A stretch of 39,846 nucleotides of DNA. It comes from Lysobacterales bacterium (GTDB taxonomy: Bacteria > Pseudomonadota > Gammaproteobacteria > Xanthomonadales > SZUA-5). Each line of letters opens with the position of its first letter. Within the stretch, counting starts at the first letter, position 1. The notes under the pieces were generated by a model. That model was given only the letters and a program-made list of their open reading frames with translations, was not told the origin of the DNA and ran no database searches. The position numbers and the translations under genes were made by a program. Positions 9,207 through 18,494 of the stretch are shown here, piece after piece. The DNA is taken from NCBI GenBank assembly GCA_022844165.1, contig JALHMH010000040.1, forward strand, positions 1 to 39,846. Reading direction: 5' to 3'.

Positions 9207-10481
9207 TCAAGTCGAACTTCTACCGGTTGCCGGGGGCAACACCGGCACCGACGCCACAACACGTTGACTCTCGTGTTCATAGACGAACGCGAGGCCAAGT
9301 CCGAATCGTTGGTCCAGACGCTTGAGGATATTCAGGCCCAGTCCGACACCGGCGCTTCTCTCGCCTTTGTTGAACGCCACGAAATGTTCGGCATCGACGG
9401 CGTGTTCGCTCGGATTGCTGATGTAAAATCGGCCATCGCTGACGAACATCCGGATCTGGCCCTGGGCTGAATGCGCGATGGCGTTGGCGATCAGATTGCG
9501 GAGCACCACATCCAGCAACTCTTCACGCAGTCCGATCTGGACATCGCGATCAATGTCAAGTTGAATCGACGCACGCGTCTGATCGAGCAATGCGGCTTGT
9601 TCGAGGATCGCGCGTTCGATGGCCGGCAGCAGGCGAGTCGGTGTTGCGGCGGTTGCGTCATCGCTACGCGCCAACGTCAACAACGAGGCCAAGGTTCGCG
9701 ACATCTGCTGCGCTGCCGCCAGGATCGACTCGGCGCGCTGCCGATCTTCCGGCGCGCGGCTATGCGCCAACTGTTCGCTGGCGCTCAGAATCACGCAAAG
9801 CGGGGTGCGCAACTCATGGCTCACGTCACGCGCAAATGTCTGCTCGCGTTCGACGAATCGCGATATTCGCGCCAGCATTTGCGCCACGCCGTGTTCCAGG
9901 ACCGCCACTTCATCGGCTGCTTCGGCTTCGATCGATGAGCGATCGAGTGCCTCGGGTTGCAGCGAGTCGAGTCGCCGGGCCAGGCGTTCCACCCGACCAG
10001 TCGTGGCCGAGGCAATGACGTATCCGATCGCGATTGCCATGAGCAGCGCAGCGAGCATGGACCAGACCAGGATCTCGGCTACCGTGCCGCGCATGCCGCG
10101 GAATATGAGCTGATTGCTGACCTCTGCCACCAGCCAGTAGCGGCGATCCGGCAAGTCGATTTGCATCAGGTGGTAGTGGCGCCCCGCGTCGCCGACGATT
10201 TCGGTGCGTTGACTCTCGACCTCCAGCGTACGGCGAACGTCGGCTGGCAGCTCGTGAAATTCCGCGTAGAGGCGGGCGAGGCGCGGCCGCAAAGCCTCGC
10301 CCCGTTGCGCCTGTAGACGCAACATCTGCGCTTCGTCCGCAAGCGTGCGCTCGATGAATTTGTCCTCCACCGTGTAAGCGAACGCCAGCGCGTACAGTGA
10401 GTAAAGCGCGGTGACAGCCAACGCAAACACACTCATCGCCAGCATCAGGCGTGTGCGCAGTCGTCGCGGCCAGATTGTCAT
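9207..10481 (-). CDS. Sensor histidine kinase (ColS-like, two TM + HAMP + HisKA + HATPase)
   Basis: H-box FARDVSHELRTP, N-box LRNLIANAIAH, G-box GVGLGL; ATG 10481 overlaps the regulator stop (TGATG). Confidence 0.9.
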   Translation of the reverse strand: MTIWPRRLRTRLMLAMSVFALAVTALYSLYALAFAYTVEDKFIERTLADEAQMLRLQAQRGEALRPRLARLYAEFHELPADVRRTLEVESQRTEIVGDAGRHYHLMQIDLPDRRYWLVAEVSNQLIFRGMRGTVAEILVWSMLAALLMAIAIGYVIASATTGRVERLARRLDSLQPEALDRSSIEAEAADEVAVLEHGVAQMLARISRFVEREQTFARDVSHELRTPLCVILSASEQLAHSRAPEDRQRAESILAAAQQMSRTLASLLTLARSDDATAATPTRLLPAIERAILEQAALLDQTRASIQLDIDRDVQIGLREELLDVVLRNLIANAIAHSAQGQIRMFVSDGRFYISNPSEHAVDAEHFVAFNKGERSAGVGLGLNILKRLDQRFGLGLAFVYEHESQRVVASVPVLPPATGRSST

Positions 10482-11164
10482 CAGGCCGTACCATCCAGGC
10501 GAAAACCCACACCATGGACCGTCACCAACATTGGCTTGTCGTCTGCGCCATCCAACGCCTGACGAAGAACGTACAAGTGCGAACGCAGCGGATCGGAGGG
10601 GGGCACTTCGTGGGGCCAAAGGCGGTCGATCAGCTCGCTACGGCTCACCGCCCTGGGCCATGCATCCATCAATGCCAGCAGGATGGTGCGCGCCCGATTG
10701 GGCAGTTTTAGAGCGCGCCCATCACGCTCAATGTGCTGCGAGCGCCGATCCAGGCGCAGCGAACCGATATGCAATATGTGGCTCTGCCCGGTCCGGTGTC
10801 GCTGCGAAAGCGCGGTACATCGCACCAACAATTCGGCATTGGCAAACGGCTTGATCAGATAGTCATCGGCGCCAGCGGCAAAGCCACGCAGCTTGTCGTC
10901 GAGCGTGTCGCGCGCGGTCAACATCAGGATCGGAATATGGCGATCCGCTTCGGCGCGAAGGCGCGCGCACACACCTAAGCCATCCAATCCAGGCAGGCCG
11001 ATATCGAGAACCAGCACATCGGGCGGCGTCGCTAGCGCGAGTTGCACGCCCTGCGCGCCTTCGGCCGCAAAGTCCGCCACCCATCCGGCGTCCTCGAATA
11101 CGCTGGCCAACTGTTGGCGAAGGGCGAACTGATCTTCGATCACCAGGATGCGTAGCGCGTTCAT
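10481..11164 (-). CDS. OmpR/PhoB-family response regulator (ColR-like)
   Basis: ILVIED, LVLDIGLPGLDG, MLTARD, GADDYLIKPF and wHTH LWPHEVPPSDPLRSHLYVLR; true start ATG 11164 overlaps the upstream stop. Confidence 0.92.
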   Translation of the reverse strand: MNALRILVIEDQFALRQQLASVFEDAGWVADFAAEGAQGVQLALATPPDVLVLDIGLPGLDGLGVCARLRAEADRHIPILMLTARDTLDDKLRGFAAGADDYLIKPFANAELLVRCTALSQRHRTGQSHILHIGSLRLDRRSQHIERDGRALKLPNRARTILLALMDAWPRAVSRSELIDRLWPHEVPPSDPLRSHLYVLRQALDGADDKPMLVTVHGVGFRLDGTA

Positions 11165-11709
11165 GCGAGGGTCGCGATGCCGAATACAACGGAAGAACAT
11201 AACACCAGCTCGCCGCTCAACACCGCCAGCAGATAGTGAGATAGCGGCATGCGCGCACTTGCCGCGATATAACACCCGGCATCGCTGGGCAGGAACGGTG
11301 TCACACACCACAGCGCCAAGGCAACGCCGCCGCGCCGTTCGATCCAGTGGCGAAGCGGGCCCGCGCGTTCTACGGACGCGACGACCGCAGTCAATCCCGT
11401 GCCATGGGCCGCGCCGTAAATCAACAAGGCCGACGTCAGCACGCCGAGCATCGCCAGGGCCAGCGCTGTGGGTGCCGGTAACAGCATTGCCATCGCGGCC
11501 ACGACTGGCAGCGTTGGAATCATCAGCAGCGCGAACCCCAACTGCAAAGCAATGGCGCCCAGCCAAAACCAAGGCCCCCAACCGACCAACACATCGCGCC
11601 ATGTATCGACCGTGCGCCATTGCGGTGCCAACAACAACCAAAGTGCGGCGCAACCGATCAGGGTCAACCAGATGGCGGTGCGCCAGCGGGCGGCGCGGAC
11701 ATCGATCAT
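11161..11709 (-). CDS. VTT/TVP38 (DedA superfamily) membrane protein
   Basis: 182 aa, multiple TM segments, ALLMIPTLP and TPFLPSDAGCYIAA motifs; RBS GGAGAAGG. Confidence 0.75.
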   Translation of the reverse strand: MIDVRAARWRTAIWLTLIGCAALWLLLAPQWRTVDTWRDVLVGWGPWFWLGAIALQLGFALLMIPTLPVVAAMAMLLPAPTALALAMLGVLTSALLIYGAAHGTGLTAVVASVERAGPLRHWIERRGGVALALWCVTPFLPSDAGCYIAASARMPLSHYLLAVLSGELVLCSSVVFGIATLA

Positions 11710-11744
11710 GAACCTTCTCCATCGTTGATGGCGATAGATTGCCG

Positions 11745-11768
11745 AGTTCAGATCAAGTTCTTTTCAAG
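11745..11768 (-). promoter_or_regulatory. 11-bp-periodic direct repeat, probable response-regulator box
   Basis: Minus strand CTTGA-AAAGAA-CTTGA overlapping GAACT-N6-GAACT, about 35-60 nt upstream of the VTT-RR-HK operon; one-turn spacing is typical of OmpR-family sites. Confidence 0.5.
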
Positions 11769-11780
11769 CGCGGCCAGACC

Positions 11781-12608
11781 TCAGTCGGAGGTTTCGCCGC
11801 CATAGAGCGACCTCTTGGCGACGCCTGCGAATTGCGCAGCGACCTTCGCGGCGCGCGATGGCGGCAATTCTTTGATGAGTTCCGCATAAAGTCGTTGTCC
11901 AAGCGCGAGCGCCTCGCTGTCGCGACGCGTGGCGCCGGCCATGATCAAGACGCACTCGCCGCGCTGTTGATCGGCGTCGCGTGCAACACGGTCAGCCAGT
12001 TCTCCGAGTGGCAGCGTGAGGATGGTCTCAAAGCGTTTGGTGAGTTCGCGGGCCAGTGTTGCGCTGCGATCTGCGCCCAGCGCATCGACCGCATCGGCGA
12101 GTGTCTCAACAAGGCGGTGCGGCGACTCGTAGAACACCAGCGTGCGAGGTTCGTTCTTCAGCGCCAGCAGCGCCGCCCGACGCTCGCCCGATTTTGCTGG
12201 CAAAAATCCTTCGAAACAGAATCGATCCGTCGGCAGACCGGACGCAGAAAGTGCGGCGATCAGCGCGCACGCGCCCGGTATCGGACTCACCTGAATCCCG
12301 GCGGCACGTGCTGCGGCGACAAGCCGATAGCCCGGGTCACTGATCAGTGGCGTGCCGGCATCGGAGATCAGCGCAAGGGACGCACCGTTCTGCAACCGTT
12401 CCACAATTCGAGCTGCCAGTGCCGTCTCGTTGTGTTCGTGTACGGCCTCGCAGCGTGTTTCGATGCCGTGAGCACGCAGTAGTACCGCGCTCTGCCGCGT
12501 GTCTTCCGCCAAAATCGCGTCGACGCCGCGCAGCGTATCGATGGCACGCTGCGATAAGTCCGCCAGATGGCCGATCGGTGTCGCGACGATATATAGGCAG
12601 CCATTCAT
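11781..12608 (-). CDS. rsmI: 16S rRNA (cytidine1402-2'-O)-methyltransferase
   Basis: LYIVATPIGHLADLS, AEDTR, ISDAGTPLISDPG, FEGFLP, YESPHR, ARELTKRFE. Confidence 0.97.
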   Translation of the reverse strand: MNGCLYIVATPIGHLADLSQRAIDTLRGVDAILAEDTRQSAVLLRAHGIETRCEAVHEHNETALAARIVERLQNGASLALISDAGTPLISDPGYRLVAAARAAGIQVSPIPGACALIAALSASGLPTDRFCFEGFLPAKSGERRAALLALKNEPRTLVFYESPHRLVETLADAVDALGADRSATLARELTKRFETILTLPLGELADRVARDADQQRGECVLIMAGATRRDSEALALGQRLYAELIKELPPSRAAKVAAQFAGVAKRSLYGGETSD

Positions 12609-12658
12609 AGGTCAGGGCGTTTATGATCAGCGCGACTCTCCAGACACGATAGCGACCC

Positions 12659-14470
12659 ATGCCCTTATTGTCGCGCGCTTTAGTCGTCGTACTTGTGCTG
12701 CTGACGGCCGCTTGCCAAACCGTGCCGCGCAAGCCAGCGGCGCAGTTCAGCGAAATGGACGCTCAGACGTTAATGTTGCAGGGTGACTTCCGGGGCGCTG
12801 CAAATGCCTACCTGACGCTGGCCAGGAGCGATCGCTCTCAGCGTTCGCGTTACCGATTGCGCGCCGCCGAGGCGTATCGGGAGGAAGGCGATCAAGCGGC
12901 GATGCAAGATCTGCTGGGCGATATCGATCGCGCCAAACTGCCAGCCGAGGACGCCTTTCGAGTGGATTTGATCGAGGCTGAGCTGGCGCTTGGTCGCGGC
13001 GACGCGGTGTCTGCGGATGCGTTGCTGATTGAACCACCCAGCGGCATACCGGCCGATTTCGGACCGCGTTTTTATGAACTTCGGGCCCGCGCAAAAGAGG
13101 CGCAAGGCCAGACGCTGGCCGCGATCGGTGATCGCGCCGTGCTGGATGGTCTGCTGCAAGACGAGTCGGATCGCAGCGCGAACGCAGCGGAGATCCAGCG
13201 TCTGGTGGGCACCATTCCCGAAGCGGAATTGACCGCCAGGTTGCGCTCGGCTCAGCGCGACGACCCGCTATACACCTGGTTGCTTGCCGGCGCTCGCGCC
13301 CAGGCGCAGGCACGTGGCAGCGAGGGATATGCCAGCGATATCGCGACATCGCGCCCCATCGAGCCCGGCGTTGCGCCGATCGTACTCGACCATATCGAAC
13401 GAGGCGCTTACGCTCGCGTGGCACTACTGTTGCCGAGTAAAGGCCCGCTCGCAGCGGCGGCGGCGGCGCTCCGCGAGGGCGTGTTTGCGGCCCACTTCGC
13501 CGAACGCGGTGAGCGCGCGGCGATTACCGTTTATGACGCGGGCGGAACGGCCGAGGAGGCGCTGGCAGCTTATCGTGCGGCAATCGATGCCGGCGCAGAA
13601 CGGGTACTTGGTCCGCTCTCGCGGGAGGCGGTCACAGCGCTGTTTCAGAGCGATGTGCCGCGTGTGCCTACGTTGGCGCTGAATTACGCTGACGCACCGG
13701 CACTGCCGCCGCCAGGAAGCTTGCAGTTCGCTTTGCTGCCTGAAGAAGAAGCGGCCGCTGCCGCTGATCGGCTGCTCGCGCGTGGTTTGCGCCGCGCGTT
13801 GGTGCTGGTACCTGACGATGATGTCGGCAAGCGTGCGGCGGATGCATTCGGCGAACGCATGCGCGGCCAGGGCGGCAAAATCTCCGGCATTGCCACCTAC
13901 GATGCCGCCGCCTCCGACCAAAGCCGCACCATCCGCAGCCTTGTCGGTTTGGAGCAAAGTCAGGGGCGTGCCCAATTTTTGCGCGGGCTGCTCGGGATCG
14001 ACTTGAAAATGGAGCCAACGCCGCGCAGCGATGTCGACGCATTGTTCTTGTTTGCGAGAAATGCGCAGGCGCGTGTTCTGCTGCCGCAACTGCGAAACGC
14101 TGAAGCGACGCGCTATCCGATCATCGCCACCAGTGCCATTTACGGTGGCAGCAACAGCGCCGCCGACAGCGAGCTGGATGGCGTGGAATTTGCGGAAGTG
14201 CCGTGGATACTCGGCATCACCGATGCGACCAATATTCCGACACGGGCACAGTTGGTCAGCTTGCGCAATGCCTCGGGTCCTGCTGCACGCTTATTCGCTT
14301 TTGGCATTGACGCGTATCGGCTGCTGCCCCATTTGGAGTGGTTGGAGCGCAATCCAGGGCGGCCGGTGATTGGCGCCACCGGGGCGCTCAGCGCCGATCC
14401 GAACGGGCGCATCCGCCGCGAACCTGCCTGGGCGCGTTATGTTGGAGCGAGCCCGCGCAAGATTGACTAG
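12659..14470 (+). CDS. lpoA: Penicillin-binding protein activator lipoprotein (LppC/LpoA family)
   Basis: Lipoprotein signal ending LTAAC, TPR-like N-terminus, VALLLP...LGPLSR, RLFAFGIDAY; canonical position divergent from rsmI and before yraN. Confidence 0.9.
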   Translation: MPLLSRALVVVLVLLTAACQTVPRKPAAQFSEMDAQTLMLQGDFRGAANAYLTLARSDRSQRSRYRLRAAEAYREEGDQAAMQDLLGDIDRAKLPAEDAFRVDLIEAELALGRGDAVSADALLIEPPSGIPADFGPRFYELRARAKEAQGQTLAAIGDRAVLDGLLQDESDRSANAAEIQRLVGTIPEAELTARLRSAQRDDPLYTWLLAGARAQAQARGSEGYASDIATSRPIEPGVAPIVLDHIERGAYARVALLLPSKGPLAAAAAALREGVFAAHFAERGERAAITVYDAGGTAEEALAAYRAAIDAGAERVLGPLSREAVTALFQSDVPRVPTLALNYADAPALPPPGSLQFALLPEEEAAAAADRLLARGLRRALVLVPDDDVGKRAADAFGERMRGQGGKISGIATYDAAASDQSRTIRSLVGLEQSQGRAQFLRGLLGIDLKMEPTPRSDVDALFLFARNAQARVLLPQLRNAEATRYPIIATSAIYGGSNSAADSELDGVEFAEVPWILGITDATNIPTRAQLVSLRNASGPAARLFAFGIDAYRLLPHLEWLERNPGRPVIGATGALSADPNGRIRREPAWARYVGASPRKID

Positions 14471-14481
14471 CTGGGTGCGGC

Positions 14482-14853
14482 TTGTCCTCGTTGTCCCGCT
14501 GGTTGACACGATTGCGAGGAAACCGTGCGGAACTTGCCGCATTGACCGAGCTGAAGGCCGCTGGACTGGTGTTGGTCGCACGCAACTTCGCCACCCGCGA
14601 GGGCGAAATCGATCTGGTGATGCGCGATGGCGACGTGCTGGTTTTTGTCGAGGTGCGATACCGAGGCAACCTTAGCTTCGGCGACGGCATCGCCAGCATC
14701 GATGCGCGCAAGCGCAAACGCATCCTGATCGCTGCGGCTCAATTCGTGCAAAAGCACCCGCACTGGCGCCTTTCGCCGCAGCGCTTCGATGCTGTGTCGA
14801 TGGGGCAGGGCGAGACCCGCTGGGTGCGCAACGTGTTCGTTGTCGATCGATAA
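14482..14853 (+). CDS. yraN: YraN family (UPF0102) nuclease-fold protein
   Basis: RNF...GEIDLVM...LVFVEVRYR...RFDAV; follows lpoA; TTG start uncertain. Confidence 0.92.
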   Translation: MSSLSRWLTRLRGNRAELAALTELKAAGLVLVARNFATREGEIDLVMRDGDVLVFVEVRYRGNLSFGDGIASIDARKRKRILIAAAQFVQKHPHWRLSPQRFDAVSMGQGETRWVRNVFVVDR

Positions 14854-14892
14854 TGTCGACTTTCGCCATGGATCAGACCGCAAGAGCCCCGG

Positions 14893-15222
14893 TCAGCGTT
14901 TCGCTCGCAGCGCAGCCGCGTTGGCGAGCCGCGCCCACGGCGCAAATCTCGCAGGTGCGTCCATCGCGTCGTCTGGTGCCGTGTAGTAACTCATGGTGAT
15001 TGGCTTGTGTTTGCCGAGGTAAACGAAAGGACGGCAACCCTCGCGTTCGAACTGAGGCCGCGTTTGTGCGTCCACCTTCAGGTATAAGAGCGAATCGGCG
15101 ATCAGGCCCAGCATGCGATCCTCAAAGTAGATGCCAAAGCCGCCAAACATCTTTCGAGCACGAATCGGGCCGAATTCGGAGAATAGTTCTTTGACGTACT
15201 CAACAAAGGCGTCGTCGGACAT
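14893..15222 (-). CDS. TfoX/Sxy N-terminal-domain protein
   Basis: ARKMFGGFGIY, LYLKVD, PFVY, MSYY motifs; start ATG 15222 with GGAGGG RBS. Confidence 0.88.
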   Translation of the reverse strand: MSDDAFVEYVKELFSEFGPIRARKMFGGFGIYFEDRMLGLIADSLLYLKVDAQTRPQFEREGCRPFVYLGKHKPITMSYYTAPDDAMDAPARFAPWARLANAAALRAKR

Positions 15223-15297
15223 CGGCTGCCCTCCTGAACAAGCCCCTATCATCCGGACTTTTTTCACGCATTTGAAGAAATCATCGCCAATGTGCAT

Positions 15298-15325
15298 TTG
15301 CACCGAGTCAATCTTCCGCTACACT
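15298..15325 (+). promoter_or_regulatory. Putative sigma70 promoter of the LysM-dprA-smg unit
   Basis: TTGCAC-N16-TACACT, ending 25 nt upstream of ATG 15351. Confidence 0.4.
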
Positions 15326-15350
15326 CATCAAGCCCTTGGGAATCAGGCAG

Positions 15351-16535
15351 ATGGCTGCCATGCTTAAAAAAGCACTTTCAGTTGTTGCCGCAATCGCTTT
15401 CGCTGCCTCAGTTTACGCTGCAGGCCCCGAAGTTCGTTCGGATCACCCTGACACCTACGTGGTGAAACGGGGCGATACGCTCTGGGACATTTCGGGGATG
15501 TTCTTGAAGAACCCGTGGTACTGGCCGGAAATTTGGCAGGCGAATCCGCAGATCGAAAATCCGCATCTGATCTACCCAGGGGACGTCATCAGCCTGGTGT
15601 ACATTGATGGCAAGCCGCAGTTGCTGGTGAACGCCGAACTGCCGGCTCCAGACGTCGGACCCAAGATGCGCGATGAAGGCGAATCCAATCCGATCCCGCC
15701 CTTGCCCCTGGCGGCGGTTCGCGGATTCCTGTCCAAGCCGCACCTGCTGACCGAGGAGGAGTTCAAATCGGCGCCCTATGTGATGGCTGTCGAGGAGAAT
15801 CGTGTCATCGCGTCCGACCGGAACCTGGTGTACGTGCGCCAGCTGGATCCGAACACGCCCATGGGCCAGAAGTTCGCCATCGCGCGACCGACAGTCCGTT
15901 ACACCGACGTTCCCAAGGGCTGGCTGTGGAACCGCGATGAACGCCGGGTCAAAGCCGCGCCATGGTCCTTGTCGGATCAGTGGCATTGGAGTTTGCGCGA
16001 GTGGGTGGCGGGTGGCGATGTGCTGGGTTACGAATTGCTTGAGTTTGCCGTGGCCTCCGTATCGCGCGTGGGCGATCCGTCCACTTTGTTCGTGACCTAC
16101 AGCGACATGGAGATTCGCGATGGCGATCTTCTGGTGCCGCTGAATGAATCGCCATTCGATCTGAACTTCTATCCACGTCCGCCAAAATCGGTGCCGGAAG
16201 ACGCCTTTGTCATCGGCACAACGGACGAAACCGAAGTGTCCGGGCCTTACGAAGTCATCGTGATCTCCAAGGGAGAAGTCGATGGACTCGAAGTGGGCGA
16301 GATATATTCGATCTACCAACCGGGCGAACGCGTTCAAGACGAAGTAGCCTACCCGGACGGCAGCTTCCGCGAGCTGTTCAACCCGCGCGACAAAATGGTC
16401 GATCTGCCGGAGGAGTTCATCGGTCACGTCATGATCTTCCGAACGTTCGATCGGGTCAGCTACGGTTTGGTGATGAATGGCGTGCGTCCGGTTTTCCTGG
16501 GCGCGCGGTTGCGCGAACCGACGCAACAGTTCTGA
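15351..16535 (+). CDS. LysM peptidoglycan-binding protein (TsaP-like, secretin-associated)
   Basis: Signal peptide; LysM YVVKRGDTLWDIS...WPEIWQANPQIENPHLIYPGD; C-terminal LPEE...MIFRTFDRVSYGLVM; typical position upstream of dprA. Confidence 0.88.
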   Translation: MAAMLKKALSVVAAIAFAASVYAAGPEVRSDHPDTYVVKRGDTLWDISGMFLKNPWYWPEIWQANPQIENPHLIYPGDVISLVYIDGKPQLLVNAELPAPDVGPKMRDEGESNPIPPLPLAAVRGFLSKPHLLTEEEFKSAPYVMAVEENRVIASDRNLVYVRQLDPNTPMGQKFAIARPTVRYTDVPKGWLWNRDERRVKAAPWSLSDQWHWSLREWVAGGDVLGYELLEFAVASVSRVGDPSTLFVTYSDMEIRDGDLLVPLNESPFDLNFYPRPPKSVPEDAFVIGTTDETEVSGPYEVIVISKGEVDGLEVGEIYSIYQPGERVQDEVAYPDGSFRELFNPRDKMVDLPEEFIGHVMIFRTFDRVSYGLVMNGVRPVFLGARLREPTQQF

Positions 16536-16536
16536 C

Positions 16537-17619
16537 GTGTCACTGCTCGATTGGCTGACCCTGTACCGCGCTTGCGGCACGGGGTCGGTCGGCGCCACAC
16601 AACTCATTGAAGCGGCCGGCGGCGATGTTCACATCGCCGCTTTTCGTTTGGCGCTCAGCAAGATAGGTCCGGGCAAACATGCGGCGGCCGCGCTTGCCGC
16701 GCAGGGCGACTTTCGCTGGGTCCAGGCGCACGGAGCGTCGGTGCTGACCATCGCCGATGCCGACTATCCGGAGCTCTTGAAAGCCACCAACGGCGCACCG
16801 TTGTTGTTGTTCGTGCGCGGCAACCGGGACGTGCTGGCGCTTCCCCAGTTGGCGATCGTCGGATCGCGGCATGCCTCTGCTGGCGGATTGGCGACCGCCA
16901 GAGACTTCGCCGCCAGTTTTGCGCAGCGTGGTTTTTGTGTGGTCAGCGGTTTGGCAGCCGGTATCGATACGGCGGCCCATCAGGGCGCCTTGAGCTATGG
17001 ATCGACGATAGCGGTGTTCGGTACCGGCATCGATCAAGTCTATCCGGCAAGCAATTCGCCGCTGGCAGAGGCGATTTTGAGCAAGGGAGCCTGGGTTAGC
17101 GAGTTTCCGCCAGGCACTGCCGCGCGCAAGACACACTTCCCGCGGCGCAATCGAATCATCAGCGGTCTATCGATGGGCACGCTGGTGGTAGAGGCCAGTT
17201 TGGGCAGCGGTTCGCTGATCACGGCGCGTCGAGCGACGGAACAGGGTCGAGAGGTTTTTGCCATACCTGGCTCTATCCACAATCCTCTGGCCAAAGGCTG
17301 CCACCAGTTGATTCGAGATGGCGCAAAACTGGTTGAAACTGCGCAGGAAGTGATGGATGAGCTGTCGCCGTATGTGCGCGACTGGCAACTGCGCACAAGC
17401 CATCTCATCGAGCGTCGAGGCAGCGACAGGACGGGTTCGGAAGATCCCGAATACGCCAGTGTTCGCGCGGCTCTCGGATTCGATCCGGTCAGTATCGACG
17501 CGCTCGCCGAACGCACTTCATTGACCATACCTGTGCTTTCATCCATGCTGTTGCAAATGGAGTTGGCTGGGGAAGTGATTCTCAACGCTGGCGGCAGCTA
17601 CAGCCGCGCCATTGGATGA
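16537..17619 (+). CDS. dprA: DNA-processing protein DprA (Smf)
   Basis: LAIVGSR, VSGLAAGIDTAAH, FPRRNRIISGLS, SGSLITAR, GREVFAIPGSIHNP and C-terminal wHTH; GTG 16537 just after the LysM stop chosen as start. Confidence 0.95.
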   Translation: MSLLDWLTLYRACGTGSVGATQLIEAAGGDVHIAAFRLALSKIGPGKHAAAALAAQGDFRWVQAHGASVLTIADADYPELLKATNGAPLLLFVRGNRDVLALPQLAIVGSRHASAGGLATARDFAASFAQRGFCVVSGLAAGIDTAAHQGALSYGSTIAVFGTGIDQVYPASNSPLAEAILSKGAWVSEFPPGTAARKTHFPRRNRIISGLSMGTLVVEASLGSGSLITARRATEQGREVFAIPGSIHNPLAKGCHQLIRDGAKLVETAQEVMDELSPYVRDWQLRTSHLIERRGSDRTGSEDPEYASVRAALGFDPVSIDALAERTSLTIPVLSSMLLQMELAGEVILNAGGSYSRAIG

Positions 17620-17624
17620 GGGTG

Positions 17625-18089
17625 ATGAAAGAAAACGTACTGAACGTTCTGCTCTATCTCTTCGAAAACATGATGATTGGCGACCCCGACGACGATCGGG
17701 ACGGCCTTCAGTCTTCTCTCCTCGACGCCGGCTTTTCTCCGCAGGAAATCCACAAAGCCTTCAACTGGCTCGATGGCCTGGCGAATGCGCGCCCGTCGCT
17801 TGAGCCCGGCGCGCTGGATGGGCCGATTCGCGTTCTGGCTCGCGAAGAAGCTGAAAAACTCGATGTTGAGGCGCAAGGATTCTTGATGTTCCTTGGGCGG
17901 CAGGGGGTGCTTGACCCTGCGCAGCGCGAACTTGTGCTGGAACGCGTGCTCGCCCTGGATGTCGGGGAGGTTGATGTCGAAGAGCTGAAGTGGATCATCC
18001 TGATGGTGCTGTTCAATCAGCCGGATCAGGAGGCCGCCTACGCCTGGCTCGAAAATCTGATGTTCGATCACGACGAAGCGGTGAATTGA
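17625..18089 (+). CDS. smg: Smg / DUF494 family protein
   Basis: VLLYLFEN, AGF...EIHKAFNWLDGL, LKWIILMVLFNQP; follows dprA; GAGGG RBS. Confidence 0.92.
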   Translation: MKENVLNVLLYLFENMMIGDPDDDRDGLQSSLLDAGFSPQEIHKAFNWLDGLANARPSLEPGALDGPIRVLAREEAEKLDVEAQGFLMFLGRQGVLDPAQRELVLERVLALDVGEVDVEELKWIILMVLFNQPDQEAAYAWLENLMFDHDEAVN

Positions 18090-18092
18090 CGC

Positions 18093-18494
18093 TCAGGGCG
18101 CAAATCGTTCCGGCAGGCAAATGCGAACTTCTCCCTTTTGGCTGCGAATCGTCAGGCGTACATATCCCGTTCCCCACCAGCGAAAGTTCTCCGAGCGGAT
18201 TTTGGTCCACGGGATGAGCAGTGGCTGATGCCCAAACCGGAACAACGGGTTTATCGCGAGAAAAAGACCGCGCTGGGTTTTTGCCACCCTGAGCACATGG
18301 TTGTAACCGACCCAGCCGACTTTGCCCGAAATGCCACGCTCCACGCTGCTCGGGACCGTTGTCGATGCGTATTCGGCAAGCCGCGGCCAACCGGCGCAAA
18401 AGGCCAACAGTCGTACTACCCCGAGCCAGAACATGGGAAACGTGATCATCGCGATGGCGATTGGCAACAGGGCGGATTCAGCTGGCATTGACAA
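18093..18494 (-). CDS. Hypothetical small membrane protein
   Basis: 133 aa, N-terminal TM, GWPRLA and LLIPW motifs; overlaps the TPR gene stop, suggesting translational coupling. Confidence 0.65.
   Translation of the reverse strand: MSMPAESALLPIAIAMITFPMFWLGVVRLLAFCAGWPRLAEYASTTVPSSVERGISGKVGWVGYNHVLRVAKTQRGLFLAINPLFRFGHQPLLIPWTKIRSENFRWWGTGYVRLTIRSQKGEVRICLPERFAP

Noticed and set aside
10481-11722. 413-aa apparent N-terminally extended response regulator
   Set aside because: The extension overlaps the VTT gene in another frame; the receiver domain starts at ATG 11164 with stop/start coupling.
15408-16607. 399-aa minus ORF, and similar long antisense ORFs (4545-5648, 23055-24398, 35082-36401)
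   Set aside because: GC-rich shadows opposite well-supported genes, with no recognisable motifs.
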